DNA from: an uncultured Candidatus Saccharibacteria bacterium
Lineage (GTDB): Bacteria > Patescibacteriota > Minisyncoccia > Phycocordibacterales > UBA2100
Length of the DNA: 64,000 nucleotides
Assembly (NCBI GenBank): GCA_964586255.1
Contig: CAZPGE010000001.1
Location: forward strand, 750 to 64,749
Reading direction: 5' to 3'
The position numbers were made by a program, and so were the translations under genes. Within the stretch, counting starts at the first letter, position 1. Each line of letters begins with the position of its first letter. The notes beneath the pieces were generated by a model that did no database searches, had not been told where the DNA came from, and worked only from the letters and a program-made list of their open reading frames with translations. Below are positions 25,788 to 35,930 of this stretch, in pieces.

Positions 25788-28769
25788 ATGCGGGCAATGG
25801 CAAAACGTATATCGGTGGCGGCAACAGTGGAAGACGCGCGCGCCGAGGGGTACCTCCGAACGCTTCGCAGCATCTTCCCATCGACACGTCTGAAGTCCGT
25901 CGCCGTAGCGCAGGCGTACACGGTAGACGCAAAGCTCTCTGCGCGAGAGCTTGATGCGTTTGCGAAGCGCCTCACATCGCCGCTTACGGAAATCTATTCT
26001 TGCACACGTGTGCTCGCGCCAAGACACTTCGCGTATGCGCTGGAGATAGGCTTCCACCCGGGTGTGACAGACAATGTTGCAAAGACCGCGTGCCAGATGC
26101 TCGAGGATGCACTCGGAAAGAAGCTCACGAAAGACGAGGATGTGTACACATCTTTTTTCGTTTTCCTCGATGGCGTGTCGCGCAAAGAAGCGGAAGAAAT
26201 GGCGCGAGAGCTTCACAATCCTCTCATTGAGCGGGCATCCATCTATGACGCGAAACAGGCTAAGCGCGGATTCCCGATTGTGGTGCCCAAGGTGCACCTG
26301 CATGAGCGCGTCTCGGCCGACACGGTGAACCTCGACGTCCCGGAAGATGAGCTTGTGCGAATCGGGAAAGAGGGGGTGGCCAATCCCGACGGCACACGCC
26401 GCGGGCCCCTCGCGCTCTCGCTCAACGCCATGAAAACGATTCAATCCCACTACAAGAAGCTCAAGCGCATGCCGACCGACATAGAGCTCGAGTCGCTCGC
26501 ACAGACGTGGTCCGAACACTGCAAGCACTCCATATTTGCGGACCCAATCGATGAGGTGAAGGAGGGGATCTACAAGCGATACATAAAGGGGGCGACGCAA
26601 AAGATACGGAAATCAAAGGGCAAGAAAGATTTTTGTCTCTCGGTATTTACCGACAACGCAGGCGGCATCGTGTTCGACGACGAATACATCGTGACGCACA
26701 AGGTGGAAACACATAATTCTCCCTCGGCTCTCGATCCGTTTGGCGGCGCGATTACCGGTATCGTGGGGGTGAATCGAGATGCGCTTGGTTTTGGGCTCGG
26801 CGCAAAACCGATAGCCAATGTGTACGGATTTTGCGTCGCTCCGCCGGCTGGCGGACCCCACAAGCATGCGCTAGTGTATCGTGACGCTGCTAAGAAGCAG
26901 CCACTGCTTCCGTCTCGTCGTATTCTCGAAGGAGTAATCAAGGGTGTGAATGCGGGCGGCAATCAAAGCGGTATACCGACGCCGCTCGGCTTTGTAGCGA
27001 CCGACCCGCGGTATCGCGGCAAACCACTGGTTTTTGCCGGCACTGTCGGGTTCTTGCCGCGCAAAAGTGCAGGCAGAGTACTTCACGAGAAAAGAGCCCG
27101 GGCAGGAGATTACATCGTCGTCGCTGGCGGGAGAGTAGGCCTCGACGGCATACACGGCGCCACGTTTTCTTCTGAGGCGCTCGCAAGTGGCTCGCCCGCA
27201 ACTGCGGTACAGATAGGTGACCCTATTACGCAAAAGAAAATGTCGGACGCAATCGTGCGCGAAGCGCGCGAGAAGGCGCTCTACTCGAGCATCACCGACA
27301 ACGGTGCAGGCGGTATTTCATGTTCCATCGCGGAGATGGCAAAAGAGTGCGGTGGCGCAATTGTGGATCTGGAGAAAGTACCGCTTAAATACCCGGGGCT
27401 TTCACCGTGGCAAATCTGGATTTCGGAGTCACAGGAGCGCATGACATTTGCCGTGCCAAAGAAGCACTGGAAAGAATTGAAGAAACTTTTCGACCGGCAC
27501 GATGTAGAGGCGACGGTCGTCGGAGAGTTCACGGCATCTCGAAAATGCGTCGTGCGGTACAAAGGCAAGACGATTATGAATATGCAGATGGAATTCCTGC
27601 ACGATGGTAGGCCAGTCGAACACCAGAAGACGAAGAAGCCGGTCTATACGAATATCGAGCCACCGAAGAGCGCACGGAATGCGCCGCTCGAAAAATCTCT
27701 GCTCGCGCTTCTCGCGCGGCCCAATGTAGGCAGTATCTCGTTCATCTCCCAGCAATACGACCACGAGGTGCAGGGCACATCGGTCACAAAACCACTCCAA
27801 GGGAGGGGAAGAGTGAATGCGGATGCCGCTGTCATGCAGCCACTCCCACACTCAAAGAAGGGCGTCGTGCTCAGTCATGGCTTCTTTCCCTGGTATTCGG
27901 ATATCGACACGTACGCGATGGCTGCAGCCTCGATAGATGCAGCGGTGCGCAACGCTGTGTGCGCGGGTGCATCACTCGACCATCTCGCGATCCTCGACAA
28001 TTTCTGCTGGTCCTCCTCCAATACACCGGAGAGATTGTACGAGCTTAAGGAATCGGCAAAGGCGGTCTTTGACACTGCGGTGGCGTACGGCACGCCCTAC
28101 ATTTCGGGGAAAGACAGCATGTTCAATGACTTCCGTGGCTTTGATGCAAAAGGCAAAAAGATACACATCGCTGCGCCACCGACACTCTTGATTTCAGCCA
28201 TCGGCGTCGTCGACGATGTGACACGGGCCGTAACGATAGATTTCAAGGCTGAGGGCGACCGCATCTATCTGATAGGAGAAACGCACGACGAGCTCGGCGC
28301 TTCTGAGTACTTCGCGCTTCTCTCCGAAAAGGCCAAAAAGTCATACATAGGGACCAGTGTGCCCCGCACGCACACAAAGAAGAATCTCGTCGCATACAAG
28401 GCACTTGAGCGCGCCATACAAAAAGGCTGCATCGCGTCGGCGCTTTCCGTGGGTCGCGGAGGCCTCGCGGCCGCACTCTCGAAGTCCGCCATCGGAGGGC
28501 AGCTCGGCGCGCTGCTCGACCTCTCGCGACTTCCAGGCACTGCGTCGTCCGATGACGCGATACTTTTCTCAGAGAGTCAGGGTCGAATTCTCGTGAGTGT
28601 ACGCGCGGGTTTGGAGAAAGAGTTTGAAAAGACTTTGAGAGGCGCAAAGTGCACACGCGTTGGTACGGTGAAAGGGACAGAACTCTCACTGGTCGTTCGT
28701 GCGAGCGCACTCAAGATTCCGCTCAGCACACTCGCCTCTGCATATCGCACGTCGTTCAAAAACTGGTAA
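25788..28769 (+). CDS. purL: phosphoribosylformylglycinamidine synthase PurL with N-terminal PurS-like extension
   Basis: 993 aa. The core carries the SEHCKH motif and two PurM-like repeats. The first ~190 aa contain PurS-like segments (FHPGVTDNVAKTACQMLEDALG). Confidence 0.85.
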   Translation: MRAMAKRISVAATVEDARAEGYLRTLRSIFPSTRLKSVAVAQAYTVDAKLSARELDAFAKRLTSPLTEIYSCTRVLAPRHFAYALEIGFHPGVTDNVAKTACQMLEDALGKKLTKDEDVYTSFFVFLDGVSRKEAEEMARELHNPLIERASIYDAKQAKRGFPIVVPKVHLHERVSADTVNLDVPEDELVRIGKEGVANPDGTRRGPLALSLNAMKTIQSHYKKLKRMPTDIELESLAQTWSEHCKHSIFADPIDEVKEGIYKRYIKGATQKIRKSKGKKDFCLSVFTDNAGGIVFDDEYIVTHKVETHNSPSALDPFGGAITGIVGVNRDALGFGLGAKPIANVYGFCVAPPAGGPHKHALVYRDAAKKQPLLPSRRILEGVIKGVNAGGNQSGIPTPLGFVATDPRYRGKPLVFAGTVGFLPRKSAGRVLHEKRARAGDYIVVAGGRVGLDGIHGATFSSEALASGSPATAVQIGDPITQKKMSDAIVREAREKALYSSITDNGAGGISCSIAEMAKECGGAIVDLEKVPLKYPGLSPWQIWISESQERMTFAVPKKHWKELKKLFDRHDVEATVVGEFTASRKCVVRYKGKTIMNMQMEFLHDGRPVEHQKTKKPVYTNIEPPKSARNAPLEKSLLALLARPNVGSISFISQQYDHEVQGTSVTKPLQGRGRVNADAAVMQPLPHSKKGVVLSHGFFPWYSDIDTYAMAAASIDAAVRNAVCAGASLDHLAILDNFCWSSSNTPERLYELKESAKAVFDTAVAYGTPYISGKDSMFNDFRGFDAKGKKIHIAAPPTLLISAIGVVDDVTRAVTIDFKAEGDRIYLIGETHDELGASEYFALLSEKAKKSYIGTSVPRTHTKKNLVAYKALERAIQKGCIASALSVGRGGLAAALSKSAIGGQLGALLDLSRLPGTASSDDAILFSESQGRILVSVRAGLEKEFEKTLRGAKCTRVGTVKGTELSLVVRASALKIPLSTLASAYRTSFKNW

Positions 28770-28771
28770 CT

Positions 28772-29542
28772 ATGAAAAAACCTAGCGTAACAATCTTTTC
28801 GGGATACGGTCTCAACTGTGAGGAGGAGACGAAGGCAGCGTTTGAATTTGCAGGTGCGGAGGCACGCATACTTCATATCAACGACATTATTGCTCGTCCC
28901 GCCATGCTCAAAGAGTCACAGATACTTGCGTTTCCCGGCGGCTTCTCGTATGGCGACGACACAGGCTCAGGCAAAGCGTACGCGAGTCGAGTGAAAGAAC
29001 ATCTCAGTGAGGAGCTCGGGGCATTTCTTGAGCGTGACACACTCGCCATCGGCATCTGCAACGGATTCCAAATACTCACGAGCGCAGGTCTTCTTCCCGG
29101 CGCCCTGATAGCCAATGATTCTGCGCGATTCGTATGCAGATGGGTAGACCTCAAGGTAGAGGGTCACAGCCCATGGCTCCGTGGGATTGAATCGATGTCG
29201 CTTCCCATCGCGCATGGCGAAGGGAAGTATTTCGCCGATGACAAAACGCTTGCACGCCTTAAGAAAGATGATGCGGTCGCACTGCGCTACGAAAGAGGAC
29301 CGCTCAGCGAGCATTTTGACCTGCCGGGGAATCCCAATGGTGCGATGGAGAATATTGCCGGGGTCACCGCGTACGATGGGCGGGTACTGGGCCTCATGCC
29401 ACACCCGGAGCGCGCTGTGCGCTTTACTCAACTTCCGCATTGGACCTATGAGAAAGAGCGATATCTGCGCGACGGAGCGCCCGTGCCTGAAGAAGGTCCC
29501 GGCATTGCACTTTTTCGCAATTCGGTGAGCTACTTTGCATAA
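28772..29542 (+). CDS. purQ: phosphoribosylformylglycinamidine synthase glutaminase subunit PurQ
   Basis: Class I glutamine amidotransferase with GICNGFQ (catalytic Cys) and HPER motifs. ATG 3 nt after the purL stop. Confidence 0.85.
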   Translation: MKKPSVTIFSGYGLNCEEETKAAFEFAGAEARILHINDIIARPAMLKESQILAFPGGFSYGDDTGSGKAYASRVKEHLSEELGAFLERDTLAIGICNGFQILTSAGLLPGALIANDSARFVCRWVDLKVEGHSPWLRGIESMSLPIAHGEGKYFADDKTLARLKKDDAVALRYERGPLSEHFDLPGNPNGAMENIAGVTAYDGRVLGLMPHPERAVRFTQLPHWTYEKERYLRDGAPVPEEGPGIALFRNSVSYFA

Positions 29543-29592
29543 GCGGGACAGACTGGTACAGTCTCGGCAGTAAATTCACAGGGAGGGCTCTC

Positions 29593-30177
29593 ATGCCTGC
29601 TATCCGACTCGTGACCGTTAGCGGTCCGCGCGGGGCCGGCAAAGAGACAGTTATTACCGCGATCTGCTCAGAGTTGAAGCTGCACCGCATCGTTCCACAC
29701 ACCACGCGCCCGCCGCGCCCGACGGAAAAGCATGGCCGCGAATATTTCTTCGTATCCATGTCGGAATTCGAAGCGATGCTCGCACGCGATGAATTTATTT
29801 TCAACGGTAAAATCGGCGAATCGCAGCGTTCAGGTACGCACCGAAGCCAATTTCTGGTCTCGGAAAGCGGCTCTATCATCGACATAACCCCGAGTGGGGC
29901 TCGCACCTTGCGCGATATCGTGAGGCGAGAGTTGAAAGGACTTGCCCTTACCATCGGAGTCTTCGCCGATGTGCGCGAGAGGCAGAAGCGCATCAAGGCA
30001 CGAGATCCGACTATCGATGAAGCGGAAGTGAGGCGTCTCATGTCGACGGACCCGGTGTCACCGCACCTGCACGATTACACAGATTTCGATCTCATAATCG
30101 ACAATTCGGCGCCGACACCGCAGGTTGCACAACGGAGAGCGCTCTCCGCCGCGCGAGAGTTCCTGCATTGCTCCTAA
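29593..30177 (+). CDS. guanylate kinase-like protein
   Basis: P-loop GPRGAGKET and TTRPPRP..E..G.EYFFVS motifs of the GMP kinase family; 194 aa. Confidence 0.55.
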   Translation: MPAIRLVTVSGPRGAGKETVITAICSELKLHRIVPHTTRPPRPTEKHGREYFFVSMSEFEAMLARDEFIFNGKIGESQRSGTHRSQFLVSESGSIIDITPSGARTLRDIVRRELKGLALTIGVFADVRERQKRIKARDPTIDEAEVRRLMSTDPVSPHLHDYTDFDLIIDNSAPTPQVAQRRALSAAREFLHCS

Positions 30178-30224
30178 GTCTACCGAAGGGCGCCGCTTGG
30201 CGCCCTTCTTGCTGCGTGTCTGGT

Positions 30225-30764
30225 ATGATGCCGCACATGGAATCAACACCTCCGTGGTACGTGCTCACTGGCGGCCCTTGTGCGGGTAAGACCACGACGA
30301 TAGATGAGCTCGCACGCCGCGGCCACCCGGTCCTCGCTGAGCCTGCGCGGCTGATTATCGATGAAAAGCTTGCCGCAGGACACACGATACAAGAAATCGT
30401 CGGCAACGAGGATTGGCTTCCATCAGTCGTGCGTCGCGCGCATGGGCAAGAGAGTTTGGTGCCTAAAGACGAGCTTTTTTTCTTTGACCGCGCGATGCCA
30501 GACAGCCTTGCGTATTACCGACTCGCAAACCGTCCTATAGATGAATTCTTCACGCGCGCAATGAGTGAGATACGATATCGCAAAGTCTTTCTTCTCGATC
30601 TTGTAGACTACCGTACCGATGAGGCACGCTCGGAAACCCCGGAGCAGGCAATGATGATACACGGGCAAATCCGCGAGGCATACGTCGACCAAGGCTATGA
30701 AATAGTCGAAGTACCTGTCATGCCGGTCGCTCAGCGTGCGGATTTCATACTGGCAAATCTTTGA
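30225..30764 (+). CDS. AAA_28-type P-loop ATPase (NadR/Ttd14-like putative nucleoside/nucleotide kinase)
   Basis: Walker A YVLTGGPCAGKTT at the N-terminus and a Walker B-like VFLLDLVDY; about 180 aa. Confidence 0.45.
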   Translation: MMPHMESTPPWYVLTGGPCAGKTTTIDELARRGHPVLAEPARLIIDEKLAAGHTIQEIVGNEDWLPSVVRRAHGQESLVPKDELFFFDRAMPDSLAYYRLANRPIDEFFTRAMSEIRYRKVFLLDLVDYRTDEARSETPEQAMMIHGQIREAYVDQGYEIVEVPVMPVAQRADFILANL

Positions 30765-30779
30765 TATGCTGTTTTCACT

Positions 30780-31307
30780 ATGAACAAAGCACTTGTTGGC
30801 ATTGTGATGGGCTCGGACAGCGACCTCGCACTCATGGCGGAGTCTGCCAAGGTGCTTGAACAGCTTGGGGTAGAAAGTGAAATGCGGGTGCTCTCAGCGC
30901 ACCGCGTTCCCGATGACTTGGTGAAATGGATAGAGGATATCGAGACGCGCGGAGCGCTCGTATTCATCGCGGGTGCGGGCGTCGCGGCCGCGCTGCCAGG
31001 CACTGTCGCCGCGCACACGGTACTTCCGGTCATCGGTATTCCGCTCACATCGTCGAACTCGGCACTCGGAGGAATGGATGCGATGCTGTCCATCATACAG
31101 ATGCCGCCCGGTGTGCCGGTGGCCACTGTCGGCCTCAACGCCGGGAAGAATGCAGGCGTCCTTGCCGCACAAATCGTGGCGCTCACCGACAAAGCTGTTG
31201 CGGAGAAAGTCGCTGCATACAAAGCAAAGCAGTCCGCGGATGTGCTCGCGAAAGACGCGAAGCTTCAAGAAAAAGGCTACAAGACATATCTCGAAGAGCA
31301 GAAGTAA
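30780..31307 (+). CDS. purE: 5-(carboxyamino)imidazole ribonucleotide mutase PurE
   Basis: GSDSD motif and AGxAAHLPG-type loop (AGAGVAAALPGTVAAHT). Confidence 0.85.
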   Translation: MNKALVGIVMGSDSDLALMAESAKVLEQLGVESEMRVLSAHRVPDDLVKWIEDIETRGALVFIAGAGVAAALPGTVAAHTVLPVIGIPLTSSNSALGGMDAMLSIIQMPPGVPVATVGLNAGKNAGVLAAQIVALTDKAVAEKVAAYKAKQSADVLAKDAKLQEKGYKTYLEEQK

Positions 31308-31308
31308 T

Positions 31309-32430
31309 ATGGGCGGACAGGGGGAGTACGCTAAAGCGGGAGTCGACTACACAAAGCTCGAACCTTTCAAGCACGCCATGATTGCGGCAGGAAAGAAGAC
31401 GCTTACTTTTCCGAATAAGCGCGAGGTCTATATCAATAGTGATGTGCTGCACTCGCACGGCGGAGTCTTTGAATATCGCGGTTCGCAACCACATATGTGG
31501 TGCAATACACAGGAGGGTCTCGGCAACAAGAACTGGATTGCAGAGTGGATGTACCAAAACGACGGCACAGGTCGCACGCACTATGAAAAGATTGCGGTCG
31601 ATGCCGCTCTTATGGCGGTCAACGACGTAATAGCGCAGGGCGCGATGCCCGTCGTTTACACCGATGAAGTAGCGGCAGGGGATTCGGAATGGTTTGCCGA
31701 TGAAAAGCGTGCTGGTGACCTTGCCGCAGGGTTTCTCAAAGTGTGCGAAGAGGCCGGCATGGCACTCCCTGCTGGAGAATCTCCTGCACTCAAGTACTTG
31801 ATAAAAGCAGAGCCGCCGGTGAAAAGTGCGCCATCGCTTTCGGGCTGCGTGACTGCTATTATCGCGCCCACATCACGACTTATCACGGGTACGAAGCTCG
31901 CGCCCGGTGATCGTATCGTGGGCGTCGCCTCAAGCGGCATTCATGCCAACGGTATTTCACTCGTGATAAAGAAAGCATTGGAGCTCAAGGACCAATTTCT
32001 CACGAAGCTTGAGAATGGAAACACGCTCGGCGAAGAGACACTGATACCGACGCGCTCCTATGTGTCGCTTGTGGAGGCGTTGCTTGAAGCGGAAGTGGAT
32101 ATCCACGCACTTCTCCCGGGCACGGGAAGCGGAGTCGCCAAGATTGCATTTGATTCAAGGCCGGCCACGTACCGCATTCATTCGTGGCTTTCTATTCCAC
32201 CACTCTTCACATTCATGCGCTCTATCGGAATTTCGCTCGAAGACTGTCTCAGGACATTTAACTGGGGAGTCGGGTATTATATATTCGTCCCCGCTGCGGA
32301 GGTGGAACGGACACTGCAAATCGGACGTGACGCAGGGTACGAATTATTAGAGGTAGGAATAGTTGAAGAAGGCGCCAGACAGGTGATATTTGAGCCGGAG
32401 AATATCACGCTGCCGCCGCCAGGAGAATAA
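31309..32430 (+). CDS. purM: AIR synthetase PurM (phosphoribosylformylglycinamidine cyclo-ligase)
   Basis: N-terminal YAKAGVDY and AMAVNDVIAQGAMPV motifs of the PurM family. ATG 2 nt after the purE stop. Confidence 0.65.
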   Translation: MGGQGEYAKAGVDYTKLEPFKHAMIAAGKKTLTFPNKREVYINSDVLHSHGGVFEYRGSQPHMWCNTQEGLGNKNWIAEWMYQNDGTGRTHYEKIAVDAALMAVNDVIAQGAMPVVYTDEVAAGDSEWFADEKRAGDLAAGFLKVCEEAGMALPAGESPALKYLIKAEPPVKSAPSLSGCVTAIIAPTSRLITGTKLAPGDRIVGVASSGIHANGISLVIKKALELKDQFLTKLENGNTLGEETLIPTRSYVSLVEALLEAEVDIHALLPGTGSGVAKIAFDSRPATYRIHSWLSIPPLFTFMRSIGISLEDCLRTFNWGVGYYIFVPAAEVERTLQIGRDAGYELLEVGIVEEGARQVIFEPENITLPPPGE

Positions 32431-32431
32431 T

Positions 32432-33364
32432 ATGGATATTCTAAAAGAGACGAACTTTGATTTCTTGGGCGAGAAGAAGACGGGTAAGGTGCGCGATATA
32501 TATATTCAGGACGACAAGCTCATTCTCATCACGACCGACAGGCACTCATCGTTCGACCGCATCATCGCGCATGTGCCGCATAAGGGGCAAGTGCTCAATC
32601 AGATTAGCGCATGGTGGTTTGAGCAGACGAAAGATATTGTCCCCAATCAAGTCTTGGCTATCCCAGACCCCAACGTGACGGTGGCGCGCAAGATGAAAAT
32701 GGTGCCCGTCGAGGCAGTCATGCGCGGATACAACACGGGTGTCACCGACACGTCTATCTGGACGCGCTATTCCAAGGGTCAGCGCGATTTCGGCGGCGTG
32801 ACGCTTCCGGATGGCATGAAAAAGAATCAGAAGCTCTCTCAGCCGATTTTTGATCCGACGACGAAAGAGGAGGCTCATGATCGCGCAATCACGCCTGAGG
32901 AAATGATTGCAGAAGGATTCATTACGCGGGAACTTTTTGAGAATGTACGCACGACTGCGACAGCACTTTTCGTGCGCGGTCAGGAGATAGCAGCGAAGCG
33001 CGGCCTCATCCTTGTCGATACAAAGTATGAATTTGGCACTGATGAGTCGGGTAACCTCGTGCTCATCGATGAAATCCACACACCGGACTCGTCGAGGTAT
33101 TGGCAGCTCGATACGTACGAAGAGCGATTCGAGAAAGGAGAGGAGCCACAGTACTTTGATAAAGAATTTCTCCGACTCTGGTTTAAGGAGAATTGCGACC
33201 CGTACAAAGATGCAGTCCTTCCCGGGGCACCAGACGAGCTTGTGGCGGAGCTAAGCGCCAGGTATATTCGCATGTATGAACAAATCACAGGGAAGACGTT
33301 TGAGCCAGGGGAAGAGCCCGTCATTGCGCGCATCGAGAAAAATCTCAAACCCTTTGCAGTTTGA
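32432..33364 (+). CDS. purC: SAICAR synthetase PurC (long form)
   Basis: GKVRDIY and DTKYEFG motifs; 310 aa. ATG 2 nt after the purM stop. Confidence 0.8.
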   Translation: MDILKETNFDFLGEKKTGKVRDIYIQDDKLILITTDRHSSFDRIIAHVPHKGQVLNQISAWWFEQTKDIVPNQVLAIPDPNVTVARKMKMVPVEAVMRGYNTGVTDTSIWTRYSKGQRDFGGVTLPDGMKKNQKLSQPIFDPTTKEEAHDRAITPEEMIAEGFITRELFENVRTTATALFVRGQEIAAKRGLILVDTKYEFGTDESGNLVLIDEIHTPDSSRYWQLDTYEERFEKGEEPQYFDKEFLRLWFKENCDPYKDAVLPGAPDELVAELSARYIRMYEQITGKTFEPGEEPVIARIEKNLKPFAV

Positions 33365-34784
33365 TCAGCTCACAGCAGTGAGCTCAATAGACGGGCGATA
33401 CCGCGATAAGGCAGCGGCTCTTGCGCCATATTTCAGTGAGTTTGCGCTCATGCGCAATCGGCTGCGCGTAGAGTGCGAGTACCTCATAGCGCTCTCAAAA
33501 GTGCCCAAGCTCGGAGTGCGAAAGCTCACGTCACGCGAAGTCGTGTTTCTAAAAACGCTACCCGATATTTCGCTCGATGACGGACGCATCATCAAGTCGA
33601 TAGAGAGAGACGGATACGAGTCCGCCGGCTGGCGGATTCCCGCGACCAATCACGACGTCAAAGCGATTGAATATTTCATCAAGGTCAAGCTTAAAGGTAC
33701 GACGCTTCAAGATGTCGCCGAGTGGGTGCATTTTGCGCTCACGTCTGAAGATGTGAACAGTGTTGCCCATGCACTCGCGTTGCGAGATTCCCTCGAAAGT
33801 ATCTGTATGCCAGCGCTCGAAGAGGTGGAGGGAGCACTTCTTTCACTTACGAAGATGCATAGGAAGACGCCGATGCTTGCACGCACACACGGACAGAGCG
33901 CATCTCCGACAACCTTTGGAAAGGAGATGAATGTCTTTGCCGCGCGTCTGAAGCGCCAGACAGAAGCGATACAGAAGAGCGAGATTCTAGTGAAATGGGG
34001 AGGAGCCACAGGGAATTACAATGCGCATACGATTGCCGCTCCCGAGGTGGATTGGCTGGCGTTTGCAAAGAAGTTTGTGGCAGGACTCAATGTTGATACT
34101 CATGGCACAAAACACTCGATACGTCTCTCGCTCAATGAGGTTACGACACAGATAGAGCCGCACGATACCTATGCAGAGCTCTTTGATTCAATGCGCCGTA
34201 TCAATACGATTCTTCTTGATCTTTCGCAGGATATGTGGAGATACATCAGTGACGGTTGGATCACGCAGAAACCCAAGGCGGGTGAAGTGGGCTCCTCCGC
34301 CATGCCTCACAAGGTCAATCCGATAGATTTCGAGAACGCAGAAGGTAACCTGGGAGTGGCCAATGCGCTCTTCGAACACTTCTCGCGCAAACTGCCCATC
34401 TCTCGCCTGCAGCGTGATTTGTCCGACTCTACGGTGGAGCGTGTGTTTGGGACGGCGTTTGCACACTCTGTAATCGGCTATACGTCGCTCGTGCGCGGGT
34501 TTGGCAAGATAGAGGTAAGCTCTACTGCCATGCTCGAGGCGCTCCGTGCACACCCGGAAGTGCTTGCGGAAGCGATACAGACAGCGCTGAGGCGCGAAGG
34601 CGTACCTGTGCCGTATGAGCAGCTCAAAGAGCTCACGCGAGGACGCACCGTGACTGTCGAAGACTTTGCCACCTTCATCGATTCTTTAGACATCTCACGT
34701 GCCGTGAAAGCGAGATTGAAGGCGCTGCGACCCGAGACGTATGTCGGTATAGCCGAGAAGCTTGCGCAGACGCCTCTGCGTTAG
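33354..34784 (+). CDS. purB: adenylosuccinate lyase PurB
   Basis: The N-terminus QFDQLTAVSSIDGRYRDK matches the E. coli PurB start (LTAVSPVDGRYGDK), so the likely initiator is the in-frame TTG at 33354, overlapping the purC 3' end. Fumarase/ASL family signature SSAMPHKVNP present. Confidence 0.8.
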   Translation: MQFDQLTAVSSIDGRYRDKAAALAPYFSEFALMRNRLRVECEYLIALSKVPKLGVRKLTSREVVFLKTLPDISLDDGRIIKSIERDGYESAGWRIPATNHDVKAIEYFIKVKLKGTTLQDVAEWVHFALTSEDVNSVAHALALRDSLESICMPALEEVEGALLSLTKMHRKTPMLARTHGQSASPTTFGKEMNVFAARLKRQTEAIQKSEILVKWGGATGNYNAHTIAAPEVDWLAFAKKFVAGLNVDTHGTKHSIRLSLNEVTTQIEPHDTYAELFDSMRRINTILLDLSQDMWRYISDGWITQKPKAGEVGSSAMPHKVNPIDFENAEGNLGVANALFEHFSRKLPISRLQRDLSDSTVERVFGTAFAHSVIGYTSLVRGFGKIEVSSTAMLEALRAHPEVLAEAIQTALRREGVPVPYEQLKELTRGRTVTVEDFATFIDSLDISRAVKARLKALRPETYVGIAEKLAQTPLR

Positions 34785-35134
34785 TGGTTTGGATTCAAGC
34801 TGCCCAAGTGAAGACGTCGTAGGAATTCGCGTGCAAACGCGACCACTTTGTCGGGGTGCTCGCTCTCGACGTCATACTGTATGCTGCCCATCACTTGCAT
34901 GAGTTCGGCATCAGGCACGTCGACATTCCATACCGAGAGATCGCGGGTCGTGCGATCAGGATCTGCCTCGTATGCCTCCACGATGCTATGCGCCGTGTCT
35001 GCATATAGATTGGCCCAGCCCATATGTCTAAGCTCAAACGTCTTGGCCTGCTTCGGCTCGGAAGGAGGTTTCTCATGCCGCCCGCCTTCAATCACGCGAA
35101 ATCCTCTCTTCTTATCGTCCGGGCTTTCCCCCAT
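34781..35134 (-). CDS. hypothetical protein
   Basis: 117-aa acidic ORF convergent with purB (4-nt overlap). No motif recognised. Confidence 0.4.
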   Translation of the reverse strand: MGESPDDKKRGFRVIEGGRHEKPPSEPKQAKTFELRHMGWANLYADTAHSIVEAYEADPDRTTRDLSVWNVDVPDAELMQVMGSIQYDVESEHPDKVVAFAREFLRRLHLGSLNPNH

Positions 35135-35146
35135 ATTTTCATTGTA

Positions 35147-35929
35147 CTACTGGCGAAGACCCAAGCCCTTGCGAATCAAATACCAGTTGGTGGCAACGAG
35201 AAGTGCAATGAGGCCAAGAAGAATGCCCACTGAATACATGAGCTTTACGTCGGTAATGCCCAAGAATCCATAGCGGAATCCGTTGACCAGGTAGAAGAGT
35301 GGATTTGAGTATGTAATAGCCTGCCACCACGAAGGGAGCGATGTCACAGAGTAGAATATGCCACCGAGGTATACGAGTGGGGTAAGGACAAACGTAGGCA
35401 CGAGGTTGATGCCGTCGATCGATTTGGCGTAAATACCGTTGACGAGACCGGCAAGCGCGAAGACTAGCGAGGTGAGGAGTGCGAAGGAGAGAATAATCGC
35501 GAGGCTGTGCACAGAGAGGCTAAGTCCAGTGAAGAATACGGATACGATAAGCACGAGCGTACCGACGAGGACGCCGCGCACAACACCGCCACCCACATAC
35601 CCGGCAATCATAAGCCATGGTGGCGTAGGGGAGACAAGTATCTCATCGATGGAGCGCGCGAAGAATTTCGAGCTGAAAAATGTAAACGATGTGTTGGCGT
35701 ACGAGGATGTCACGATAGCGAGCATCACAAGACCTGGGACAACAAACTGCATGTAGTCGACGCCTTGCATCTCGCCAATTCGCGAACCGAGTACCGTACC
35801 GAACACAAGAAAATAGAGGGTCGACGTCATGACACTCGGCAAGAAGGTCTGCACCCAGATGCGGAACATGCGCACCACGTCCTTGCGCAGCATCGTGTAA
35901 AAAGAAATCCAAAGTTGAGCAGGGGACAT
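35147..35929 (-). CDS. ABC-2 family transporter permease
   Basis: Six TM helices. Start at the Met that abuts the upstream ATPase stop. Confidence 0.7.
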   Translation of the reverse strand: MSPAQLWISFYTMLRKDVVRMFRIWVQTFLPSVMTSTLYFLVFGTVLGSRIGEMQGVDYMQFVVPGLVMLAIVTSSYANTSFTFFSSKFFARSIDEILVSPTPPWLMIAGYVGGGVVRGVLVGTLVLIVSVFFTGLSLSVHSLAIILSFALLTSLVFALAGLVNGIYAKSIDGINLVPTFVLTPLVYLGGIFYSVTSLPSWWQAITYSNPLFYLVNGFRYGFLGITDVKLMYSVGILLGLIALLVATNWYLIRKGLGLRQ

Positions 35930-35930
35930 A

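Noticed and set aside
25740-26600. 286-aa minus-strand ORF
   Set aside because: It is antisense to the purL 5' region.
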